Shown here piece by piece: positions 32,908 to 45,800 of a stretch of DNA of 64,000 nt; the first letter of the stretch is position 1; the number at the start of each line of letters is the position of its first letter. The translations under genes and the position numbers were made by a program. The notes under the pieces are model-generated. The model saw only the letters and a list, made by a program, of their open reading frames with translations, did no database searches and had not been told where the DNA came from. The DNA comes from Dimorphilus gyrociliatus (lineage: Eukaryota > Animalia > Annelida), in assembly GCA_904063045.1 (NCBI GenBank), contig CAJFCJ010000022.1, positions 434,001-498,000 on the forward strand, read 5' to 3'.

Positions 32908-35145
32908 TTTTGAAAAATCTTTCCTTTTTTTTTAAAAAAAAAAAAACGTAGGAGGAATCTGAGAAGGAAGAAAATAATAAATCAAATTAAAGATGAAAGA
33001 CGAACTTAAGTAGTTTACTAAATACATTGTATATTCAATTTTAACGTTAGACAATATTATACATATTATAGTTCATATCTAATAAACTATAAATGAGGTT
33101 GACGAACTTATTTAAATATTCTGTTAAATAATATAGAATTATTAAAGTTTAGTATTTTCTTTTTGTATAGAAAAGAAAGAAGAGTAAAAATGGATGAATG
33201 TTTCATACTTATTTGGTCGAGTTCTCTATTTTGTTTTTATGATTAGCATCATTAATAATTCATAAAAAACATAAACAAAGAATAAAAAATGAACAGATCA
33301 TTGAACGAAAGCCTATTTGTGTATACACTATGAATTTCTAGTATTCCCTAATAAAATAGATACTAGCCAACTTTGAAAAAGGACATTACATAATATTGCA
33401 TTCTATTTAAACGCTTTAAAGATAGTCATTACATTCGTTTAATATTTAAAATACATTAAACAAACGAATTAATGTACTGGTACCATGACTACAGAAGATC
33501 GAAAGAGGATAATGACTCAATCGTCCATATTATAAGGAAGATAATTTCTCAATTTAGGATTTTCAAATATAAATAGTTAAAATGAAAAGAAATAGAGTTT
33601 CCATGGATATTTCGAGGTGTCAACTGTTTTGTTAGTGTTGCATTTTGACAATAATTTTCCCAATGAAAAATTAATAATATAAAGCACGCAAGTCTCTTTA
33701 TAGAAGAGTAATTTCTACAACGTCAATCTAAGCACTTCTTTTGTATACAATCAAAATGTCAAAAAAGTCACTTTTAAGCACTAACTATATCCCTATGCTT
33801 TATATATATATATATGTACATGCGTAGGTGGGATGAGGGGTAGTAGGGAGGAGGGAGGGGGGAGGAATGATATGCGTGTTCATTTCGTTTCCTTCCTCTC
33901 TTTCATGATAAAAATGATTTTTTTATTTCCTCTGATTAGAGAAGCGTAGAAGAGCGAAAACAAATTTTGGTATATAGTATTCTCCGTGTTGTCTTATCAC
34001 GCCTGATTGACATAACTCAAAGTTTTAACCTTTATAATCACGTATGTTATTAATGAAACTAACCAACCCTATTCTATTGCATATGATATAATACTTAATA
34101 TGCTGTTACGTTAAATATATGAAATTTCACTCGATCTATCTGCTTTCTTTAATACATTTTAAGTGAAATTCTTCGGTCGTTCACCTTCAAAGAGAGAGAA
34201 AGAGAGAGAGAGAGAGATAAAATTATTTATTTCTTCTATTTCTCTAATTGAAAAGCAACCAGTTTAAATAGAATCATATATTAACATATACAGATGCAAA
34301 TGTATATACTGTAGATATGTCTACACAAATTCAGCTTTTGTCTTTCTCCTCTTCCCCTCTTCTCAAGACATTTCTTAATTATTGCCATTAGTCTTATCAT
34401 ATTCTCAAGTTGAACGCCTTTAGTGGCGAATGGTTTTTTCCTTACAAACACACTCAACACTGACTTTGCAAACAAACAATCAAGCTTATATTACACTTTT
34501 ATTTGCTAATTTTCTCAAAGGGTATTATCTTTTTTTATTTGGCATAGCAAAATCTTATTAAATCATTCATTCATTCACGGAAGAAAGGGAACTGCCCTTT
34601 CTTTTCGTACAGCTTTCTTTATTTTTAACTACATTGCAGTTTTATGCCTGAAACGTGATGGGTTTATTAATAAATAGTTATATAAATATACATATTTACA
34701 ACCGTTTAACTATAATCGTGACACGAACCACGTGTTTATATAAAACGTATGTATGCGTTAGTCACTCTTCCTTAATTTTTACATTATAATACTTTTTTTT
34801 TAAACATTTCTTCTCTAGCAGTTTTTACTTTTTAAAATTAGATACAATAATATTCAATTGGGCGATAATACAATTACGGGGCGGTGAGAGGAAGTCGGGA
34901 AAACGTGCGACTTTTGCGATTATCACGCCTTAAGAAGAAATATTCTAATTTGATAATGGAATGAACTTAATATCGCTCAGTTGATTTATTACAAAAAGTC
35001 TCCCAAGCCGAATAAAAACCAGGGTGAATGCAATAATATTAAATATTAAATTAGATCATTAAAGAGCATTTTAAAGGGAAAACTTGATTATCAAAGAGAA
35101 TAAATGGCGGTAAACTTAAAAAGCAACTGTAGAGTTTCTTGTATT

Positions 35146-35186
<41 letters not shown>

Positions 35187-38100
35187 CTATTCAACCAGTA
35201 TTATTAATATACTTTATAGAAATGATAAGAATATAATGGGAATATAGATCAAAGATGGTTTTGTAATAGAAAATGGAGAAATTATAATAGCACTTCCTGT
35301 ATAGAAGAAAATATCTGACATTTAATGTTAGACAAATTCCTGGTACAATTGTACTGGGGATAATTTCTTTCAGCCATCTCAAAGATGGTGAATCAATAGA
35401 TAGTTCAGAAAGTTTCGTATATTTATGTTCTTTTTCGTTAAAATCTCTCTCATTTTATATACAAATAATAATATAATTTATAGTGCAAATAGGAAGAAAA
35501 GAGAGGAAGAGAATAGAAAATCCTAGATCATCTTTCTTCTCCTTTTAGATTAGGGGTTACTTTGTAATACGGCGTAATTCGGGAGGCAGGAAAGGACCGA
35601 GACAGTCAGTGGACTATGATGATTTATAGAAAGGAAAAGAATTATATTCAGTGTACCATGTACAGGCGATACTTTTATACATCTATCCTCATCATAACAA
35701 ATATAATAAAGTGTGGAAGAGAGGTGCGAATAACGCTTTACTTTTAATTAAATGTACAAGTTAATAATGGAATATTTAATGTTAATTAGAAAAGAAATGC
35801 GTTAAAAATCCTCAGAGTATAAAATAATCTAATGAAAATTAGTATCGAGAGATAAATACATTTAGAGAAGGAAGAGTAGAAGAGGGGATTTTTAAATAAA
35901 GTATTCATGTTAAAAGATATCCTCTTTTCAAAATTGCCTTTTTCTTTTTCTCTCACTCTCTCTCTCTCTCTCTCTCTCTTTTTCCTAAATTAAATATATC
36001 TATGTTTTAAATTCCTTATCCTCCTCTCTAGCTGAGATAATAAGAAGTATTATGTCTCTATAAATACATATTTAAATGGGGAAAATACTCGAAAGAGATA
36101 AAGAGATGCCAACAACCCAAAAAAAAAAAAAAATAGCCACAGTTGATCTTGATATGCAAAATATTCGAAAGAGGAGAGGATCAATTTATTAATGAAAAAT
36201 GTTGTTAATTAGTCTACGAACTGAAAAGAATTTACTTTTGATAATGCTCACAGATGATTGGGTACAATTTATTTTTAGTAACGACCATTAAATCTGTCGT
36301 TTATGTTTAATAATTCTTCGTACTGCATTCCAAATTTAATGAGTTTATTATTTCTCTCTTTTTTATGAATGTCCCTAAAAATATAAAGCAATTTCTTTTC
36401 GCTTATGTAAAAACAATGTATAATTTAAGTATATGAAAAGAATATTTTAAGGGATTTTAGAGGACTATCTAATGGCCTAATTAAAAGTCACCAGCTAAGC
36501 AAACAATACCCTTTTAAGCATACTTTCCTTTATTCATCAAAAATGTTATATGAATACAAGGATCAAGTCCATTTTATATAATCGCCTAAGATATTATCCA
36601 TTTTTGCGTTTATCTCAATAAACATATCGTAAAAGCTTAGGATTAAGATTTTCTCTGTAGCCTATTTCTCTTCACTAGTTTAATTGAATGAATCTATTCA
36701 TGCACGAATAAGTTCTGATAAGGCGTAGCAAGAATTATGTCTGCTCTCTTGAAGCTTTAACAAAAAAAACAAGCGATAAGTAATACATTGAAAGGAACTT
36801 TCCTTTTATAATCTATTCCCAAAGTTTACTCTACGACTACAAGGACTTGAGGGTAGATTGAGGTGGAGAGACGATTATCGTCATTATACGAAACAGTGCC
36901 CAAGTAACCAATAGAGTTTTACTTTTAATATAACGCATTAAACCTGTTACTTTTAATAAATAGTGATATATTTCTCTATTCTCAATTTTCATATATTTAT
37001 TGATATGCTAAGACACTAGGTCAGCATTTATTCTAATATTCTTTCAATGCATTATTCTTTTAGAGAATGATTTTTCTTTTTAGATTGCAACATCTCTATT
37101 TTTCTCATTAAGTTGTTTTTAACGCTCACAGATTGATTGACTGACTGACTGATGATTTCTAATAAGGACATCATTTTTGCGAATTTTTACTTTAAATTCT
37201 TAAGAAGCGCTACTTTCTCAAACTCGATATTGAAAAAAAGAGAATAGAATGATAAAAAAAGTAGAGTTCTTTTCTTTATAGAAAATTCAATCAGTGTCTA
37301 ATAACGACCTGATTAGCTTTGTGACAAATAGAACTCTTCTTCGAATTGCACTATTAATCTCTAAGGATTCGATTCTTCTCTTGAGCAACCCACTTAATAA
37401 GAGAAGTTTTCTTTATTATTTGTTTTACATACTTGGAAATAAACTGTCTATTTTATAGTCGATTTAACTTGTACCGAATAGGGATACAATAACCCCACTA
37501 ATGAGGAATATGCATTTGAATAAAGAATTCGAAAAGAGGTTCAAATTTATTCTTTTTTTAATCGTTACAAGATTCTACTTAGAATGATAAATTGCGTAAA
37601 TTGATCAAAGACACGCTAATATATACATAAGAACATTTATAAATACTGTATATAATACTGTCTAGTGAATATGTAATATATTATAAACTATATATAAAAT
37701 GTATTTAGCTGTAGTCTCGCCTCTTTGTACACTGTATAGCCTACTTGCAGTTTGCGTATTGTATTTAATTCAGTTACCTTGTTATTCCGCACTTTGATTT
37801 TCTGGAGTTCTCAGAGATTTCTAATTTTTCACACTTGCCTTTTATCTTTAACAGATAGAAAGAGAGCGAAATAGAGTGAGAGAACGATAGGCGGACGAAA
37901 AGAGCGGGTGAAAGAATATGACGGGGGAAAAAGTATGAAAATAAATCGTGAGAAAGGAAAAAATAAGGGAAAATGTGTGATAAAAATTTGGAAGGCATAC
38001 CGTCGAGCAAATTGCTCAATTCAATTTATATTTGTCATGCAAACTTCGTAAGAAGTCAACTATGAAATAAGTAAAAAAGACGCGACGATAATATACTTAT

Positions 38101-41100
38101 TTATATGGATGTTTGTCCATTTTTTTACTCTTTATTAATTCATTTTCAGCTATTTTTTTTACTTTTCTTTCGTCAAACTCGGCGTTCATTCAATAAAACG
38201 ATTAAGAAGAAGAATTTTTCTACGCTAACTCAGTCAATTAAATTGGCGATAAACAAAGTAAAAGCATAAATAGAGAAAGAAAAGAATGTTGAACTGTATG
38301 TGTTTATACAGCGAGAGTTTACAAGAAAGTAATAAAAATATAATACCTGCCAAATAAAAAAAAACTTTTCAGTGGCTGCCGACAGGAAAATAAGCAGAGG
38401 TCTTCTCTCTATAAGATGACGTAGGAAAGGAAAGATGAGGGAGTAAGTTAACAGTGTGATCCAGGCTCGGTTATAAAGTAATTAGGACTGATTTTGTGAT
38501 ATTTCATAGAGGATCAACGCCTTTGGGGACTTTGACTCTTAGCCTGTAATGCGAATAGAGAAATATTAATTGAATTAAATAAAAAGAGAAAATTAATTAG
38601 TGAATAGACGCAAAAAAGTTTAAAAATACTAAATTTGTATAAGAAATTAAATGCTTAAATTCTATATTAATCTCAACATTTTTAGCTTAATTAAATATTC
38701 TATTTACAAGCATAGTATCTATTTCTATATTTATAAACGTCATCTGCTAGACTACTATAATAGCACTAAAGTAACTTTTATTACAAGATGATTTATAAAA
38801 AATGAACTCAATCTAAATTATTGTGGAGGAAATTAGGTAAATATACGGATGGATAGGTATACAGATAAAGATAAGGGTGTATATAGTAGGAGAAGAAGAA
38901 AGAGAGAGGGAGTGAGAGAGAATGTGTGTGTGTGTGTATATACATATATATATATATATATTAATATATGAAAGATGGAAATAAGTCGTTACAATGAGTA
39001 TCTTTCTTTTTTAAATATTAAAAAAATGGATTCTATTTATCAAGGGAAATTATAATTAGCATCTTATAAAGCATTTAATCTGCTATAAATAAAATATAAT
39101 CTATATTATAATCTTTAATATATCTATATCTATATATATATATATACAGTATATTTACAATTAGCAAAAGGGTTTCTTTATATAAAGTTGTATATTTATA
39201 TCGTAAATGAAGTGATATATACTGTACTAATATTAATATATACTGTATGTATATTAGTATATTCTGTATATAGTATATACAGAATATACAAATATTTAAA
39301 ATACAATTAATTACAAGTTACTTTTTAACTGTTGAAAAGTTCTAGTTATGTTTTATATATATAAAAGATGAACTTTTTTTGAAATTGTTACCATATGTTT
39401 TCAATAAACAATAATAGTAAATTAAAAAAACTTCTTCTTCTTCTTATTTATACATTTGTTTTTTATATATTTATCTTTTAATACAACGTGTAGCAGTCCT
39501 TTGTGATATTGGTTGTAATTTATTAAATATAATAAAGAGATTAGGTAATAATAAATATCCTAAGAACATTTAAAGTAAAAGGAAAGTAAAAAACTCTTAT
39601 GAAAGATGTTTGTTTAATTTACTTATACGGTATATGCTAAATTATACTTACTGAAAGCTCTCTCTCTCTTTTTAACTCTTCGTTAAATTTATCTATCTCT
39701 TCCTATCCCTCTCTGTATTCTCTCTTGAGAAATGAGAATTAAATGTATTTGAACAAATACGTATATACGCGTATACGCTTAACAGTTGTTTGCTTTCCCT
39801 ATCCTCTCTCCTTTCTCTCTTTTGGGTCTTCGCGATTTGTTTCGATCTGTCAAAATACTTGATCTAGCTTCCTCTCGGTTTCTTTTCCTCTTCCGCTAAC
39901 TTTTCCTCCTCCTCTTCCTCTTTATCAATATTTGTATTGCACGATAAAAAAGAAAACAAGCATACACACTCTCTCGCTTTTACTCCTCAACTCGTTCCCT
40001 CTTCTCTTTACCCATAGCCCAGCGCCCCCAACTGGATTATTCTATATTTATTAAATAGAAAAAATTATTGCGGCTAATTCATTTATTTATTACCGTTTGG
40101 AACGATAATTTTTATTTTTATTTCAACCATTTGTTGCAGTTAGAAGGGAATAATTAGAATTTAGGAAGGCCACCCTTCTTATATTTAACTGTCTAGTTTT
40201 TTTTATATCCTTTTCCTTCGATTTTCTTTCGTTTCCATGTTCTCTTCCTATTTTCTTCTACTACAAAACTAGTCATTTATTCTATCCGGATTTAGACATG
40301 TCCAATTTCTTCTGGATAAGTTAAAAGTGTTTGATAATTACTGTCTTGTTTACCCAATAAGGATGTTTTTCATGATCTGAATCCTTGCAGTCCGTTAAAA
40401 GCGGATGTTTGTTAGCAGAACAGTAGATATTATGGTTGAGAGAACTGCACTAGGTACACGAAATTGTCTCGAAGTTTATGGCAGAAAAGTCGAATAAATG
40501 AGTAACGATACCGTGTAACCGATTCATTTCCTTCTCCTCTGCTAAATAACACGAGAGATTTCTCTCCTAAAACTTTATTAATTTAACTGTCTTCTTATAG
40601 TAAATTCTGTTAATTTAGTTATCTGCAATTATCAGAGTGTTGATAGCAAGATATTTAAATCTTTTTGCAATCTCTTACTCTCTCACTCTCTCCCCTTCTC
40701 CCTCTCTTTCCTAATTCTTTAACACTATTAAAAATACATCATTAGACGAGTACTCTTTTCAGTTTAGTGTTTATAATTTCATATTTATTAGATTTTTTAC
40801 ATTATTCATTCTTTAAAGGATAATTAAAGCCTATAGAATGTAGATGAATTATGTATTGTGTAAATTATGTAAAAAGTCAAAGGGAAAAGTTGAGGAAAGA
40901 GGTTAAAGGTCGATGAACCATATTTTTATCTACTAATGACGTTATCGAAATAAGCGGATTCAATTCTATTTCAGTTTCTAATAAGATATGCCAAAACCGA
41001 CCCTTGCGTAAGCTTCTTACTTTCCCAATGATTTATTCTTATTTTTAAACGAGTCTTCTTCGACCTTCCCAACCCATTGCCTTCTCTTTTTCTGCTCCTC

Positions 41101-43018
41101 CTGTGAATTTTTTGCATTCAATGAGTAGTGTTACGCCAAAGGTTAATCAAAGTTAATTGCTTAGTATAATTGCTATGCCTCTCATTTTTTTTTAAATATT
41201 TACCAGGAATAGATGTATTTTAAATATAAAGATTACAGTTCTCACGGTGCTATATCCAAATTAAGCGTGAGATATTTCCAACGAAGACCTTCTTATCGTT
41301 TATGTACTAATAAAAACTATATTGTATCGAATTCAAGTGGGAAAAAAAAGGTCATCCACTCTTTGCAAACTATTGTTTGTTTCAATGGCCAGTTTATATT
41401 TCTTGCGCTTTATCTTGCGTGTTATCTAATTTAAGAGACTATATATTTTACTTTCCTATAATAGAAGAGCATAGAGACGAAAGAAAACAATAGACAATAA
41501 ACAGTATATACCATCTGCGCAGAGTATACAAATGTACAACTATATAGACAATGAGAATATTCAACTTTCTCTTGAAGAGGTTATCGAGAAGAGCGGAGAG
41601 AGATAAAGATATTCATTCCATTAGATTCACTTCTTTTGTTTGTAAATAGTAAAAAGCTGAAGGAGAATACAACTGCGTAGAGTTTGTTTACTACAACGTA
41701 TCTATCTATCTATCAATCTCCTTTACTCCGTATCGCTAAAGATGTGCCTTAGGAAGCAGTTTTACTAATTTAGCTTGATAGTTTACATAAGGATCAATTA
41801 TGCTCTTGCGACTTTCGGTAGGCAAAGGATTATATAATTATAAAGATAAAAATAGTTACAATACCCAATTTATATTGATTTCCTTTCCTTTTAGATGTAC
41901 ATACATTTTTATTAAGCATTCAAATGGATATTTTTATAGAAAGTGCTCATTTTCATTGTTTAATTTCTAACAAATTTCTAATTGGAAATAAACTATCTTT
42001 CTGTTGTGTCTTTTTTTTTTTTTAAAAAACAAAATTTGTCCAAAAATGGAAAAGTTTTTTGGATTAATTAAAAATTATTACGTTTTTCTTTAAAGTTTCA
42101 TTTATTTATATCTTTTATAAAAGTACATCAATTTCCGTATTATACTATTGTTTTATATTTTGTAAAAGTATATTAACGGCCAGTCGATAATTTTAGTATT
42201 AGATATTCTTTGCTATTTCCTCCCCTCCCATTCTTCTTTCTTTCTTTCTCTTTTTTAAAAATATACAATATCATGGGGCAATCAATCTTACGAAGCTCCG
42301 TATGTTACAGTTATCTGGCTGGAATGATTAGCTATTTATATATATATATCTTTTTCCAAGTCTTTAAACGAACCGATAGATGGCGTTTGAAGGGGTAAAA
42401 AAATCTTTGTGATAATTTATCATAGAGATAAATGACTGTTGAAAAGAGAAATTTATTAAAAGATATTGGATTTTTACAATATACAACTTCTATCAAGGCA
42501 AGTAATTTGGCTTGAAGAGTAAACGTTATTTTAATGTCATTAAATTATTCATTAAACATTATGTTTTTTTATTCAACATCATTCAACTTGAAGATTCAAT
42601 TCTAGTAATATAATGACCACAATAACGAAGAGAGAGAGAGAGAGAAAGAAGGGAGAAAGATTATATGAATGCAAGAAAGGATCAATAACGAATAGAGTCT
42701 GGTGGCTTATTAGTCTTAAAGCATTTTGAAGAAAAAGAAGAAGACGAACTGAGTTTTAATATACTGTATTTAGTATAAAATTTCTGTCGTGTTCGCGTGT
42801 TCAAGTTAAATTAAAGATGAAAATTAATTAGATTTTATTTGTTTCAATCTATATCTTTCTTTCTCTCTCTCTCGCTCGTTCTTCCTCACACACACACACA
42901 CATGAGGCTATAATATATTTTTTTCAAGTCTGCCTTCAAATTGTTGTTTGTCTGTCCCACAAATTTGAAAAAACTGGCGAGATATACTGTATATACACAG
43001 TTTATGATGTCTATTTCT

Positions 43019-44030
43019 CTACTTGATACTTGTTGGCTTTTCTACTTCTTCAGTCCGCTTTTCATATATCCTTAGATATTTGCACCTCTTTAGCGCTTCT
43101 GGTGAGTTCTCATCACCAGTATTTGGTTTCTTTTCGAAATTCATAAACGCTGTAATAGCTTTGCTAAAGGCAATTAGCGAGTCCAGCCCACTTTCCTTTC
43201 GTTTAGTTGATAGACTAGGCATAAAAGTCTTACTCTTTTCCAATTCAACCTCTTTTAAAAAAAGAAGAAACATAATAGGAGAATCTAAATGAGAAGTAAT
43301 AAGAATAAAAATGAAAAGATTTATTACTGTGCTCTTCGACTTGATTATAGAAATTTCCAAGTTTACTTTTCCTTTTATCCTTATGAATTTGTTCGATTAA
43401 CAATAATCTCTCTCTTCTTAGGTTTGCTCTTACCGACGCCGATGTTAAATCTCTCCATTCTGGTACTTTTGTTTAAAGGAATTTTATTGTAAAAATGTCA
43501 AAAATTCAATTGTTTTTTAATAAAAATTATTAAAAAATACCTTCGCTTCCTTTAGCTTCGTGTTGCTTTGTCCAATTCTCTTCCCTTAGTTTCTTCATTG
43601 ATTGATTAATCTTATTCTTAGAAGTTTCAATAAAAGTTTGACTCTTTCTTAAATGAACATCGTTAATCGTCTTTTCTCGATGAATGACTTGTAAGCGCTT
43701 TTGAAGATTACACGTAACGGACATGTTGGTACTTTTAAGATTTTGACTGAACTCGCTGTACGCATATATGCTGCATATATTATTTATGCTGGGAAGAGAG
43801 TATTTAAGAAATTACCTGCAAATCGGTTTCCTTAATGTTGGTAGATGATCTCCATTTAATTGGGATAGAGACTTTAATTTATGCCTTTTGTTTAATCTTA
43901 CCGGAAAGGTTGGTCTAGAGTATCGTTTAATTCTTAAAGCGGTTGCCGTATCCAAGGATTGCTGATTTGATGATTCCAGGGAGAAGACCGTTAAACTTGG
44001 AAGTTTAAATTCTTTCGAATTGATTGCCAT
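43019..44030 (-). CDS. Uncharacterised basic, partly coiled-coil protein, 4 exons
   Basis: Exons 44030-43816, 43755-43541, ~43459-43327 and ~43253-43019 join in frame through GT-AG introns of about 60-80 nt. No domain recognised. Confidence 0.6.
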
Positions 44031-45687
44031 TTAGGGGAGAGGGAAGAAAGTCAAAAACAAGTTTTATATTCTATCTCAAAGTAAATCTTTGACAGTCGAT
44101 ATATACGAGTAAACAGTGAAAGCTTGAAAAAGCCTAATCTTTTATTGAATGGATAAGGCTTAGTACCGTATTATCTGAATAATTGAGATTTCCTTTCAAA
44201 AAAGAAAAAAAAATCGTATGAAATGAATGTATTTTGCAGCCATAGCCCTAAGTCTATTTTGCATTCAATTTTACTTTTTACTCAACTATGCTTTATTATT
44301 CTTTATTATCCAATAATACTTTTTTCTTCAACTATTTCTTATAGTTTAACAATGGCTTCCGGTTGAAAAAAAATATCTATGATAATAGAGGGCGCTTAAA
44401 AAATTCTATTCATTAACAGATATTTATTTAAAGAGCTGGTACTTATTGTATTTAAGCCCTGAATGTCAATAGAAAAGGTATATAACTCGGTCATGGATAA
44501 GTATTTGCGTATAACGGAAGTGTTCGTTTTTTTCCATTATCATTCACACCCTTCTTTGAAGTTTGTCACTTGAACATAAATGATATAAAGATCTCTATAT
44601 AAAGAGGATACAAAACTGGTATAAAGTATAAATAAAAAAAAATACTTTCTGGTATAATTTTTTTTCTCGTGAATAAAAGGTTATAAGATACCTAGAACTA
44701 ATGCTATATTTAAACAAACAACTCAGCTGTTTGCACAGATACAGTAACATAGTAGGAGTAACAAGAAAGGAGGAAGAGGAAGAGATTTAGATATTTATAT
44801 TAACACTTTTATACCATCTTACAAAAGGCTAAACAAATACTTAATACAAAATTTATTTAACAAATATTTTAATTTCTTACAAAAAAAATGAAATAAAAGG
44901 TATTTTTATAAATTCCTATACTTACATTATACCTTGTTTTTCAGTTTAAAAGGTATAATCAATTATGAAATACTATATTTTCAACGTTATTTCACTGTTT
45001 TTGTAATTTGATATTATTATTATTTGGTGAGAAACATTTAAATATACGCGTATACACATTAGTCCTTTGTTGTTTAATTAATGAACAATTATAAGAAACG
45101 CTAACAAGACAACACCTAAAACTTAGAATACACTTTCAGCCTAAATATATTTTGTTTATTAAGTTGTTGAATGAACACATACTCTAAAATAGTATAGTTC
45201 GTCTGCTCTTTTAGCCTGGTATAGTATTCCATTTTACTTGTTGCTGTTAATTAAAAACAGAAAAGGTTTCTAATCGTTCATGAATTGCAATCAACTTTTG
45301 TTTAATGTAAATCTTTAATGATTTGAATTTTCTTATCAAAATAATTTACTTCTTATCCGTAATTTTTTTAAAAGTAAAACGCTTCACGTTGATAAATCCA
45401 ACAGGAATAATATTATTTAACTTATAGGAAAGTATTAAACCGTTGAAAAGTTCAAGATAAAACTCTTAATGATATAGCTGTACGGTATCATATTTGCTTT
45501 GATTCTTTACTATAATAATAGCCAAAGGGTTATTCATCATAAGCATCTATTTTTTACTGTTTTTAGATTTGTTGGAGATGAACTATCAAAATATTAGTTG
45601 ATTCTAATCACTCTGTTATCTTTCTATGTTACAAAAACCAAGCGTTTGTCATCAAAAGACACTTTATCTGAGATCTCACAGTGCGAA

Positions 45688-45699
45688 TGCGCATGCGCA
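45688..45699. promoter_or_regulatory. Perfect NRF1/Ewg-type palindrome TGCGCATGCGCA
   Basis: Exact 12-bp palindromic consensus about 100 nt upstream of the RhoGAP ATG, conspicuous in AT-rich DNA. Confidence 0.6.
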
Positions 45700-45800
45700 A
45701 ATAATCCGTCTGAAATCATTTTTACAAAACGTTTCAAATCGTTCATTGATTAGGCAATAATGTGGAATTTTTGCAAATTCTGATCAATATTATTTGTAGA

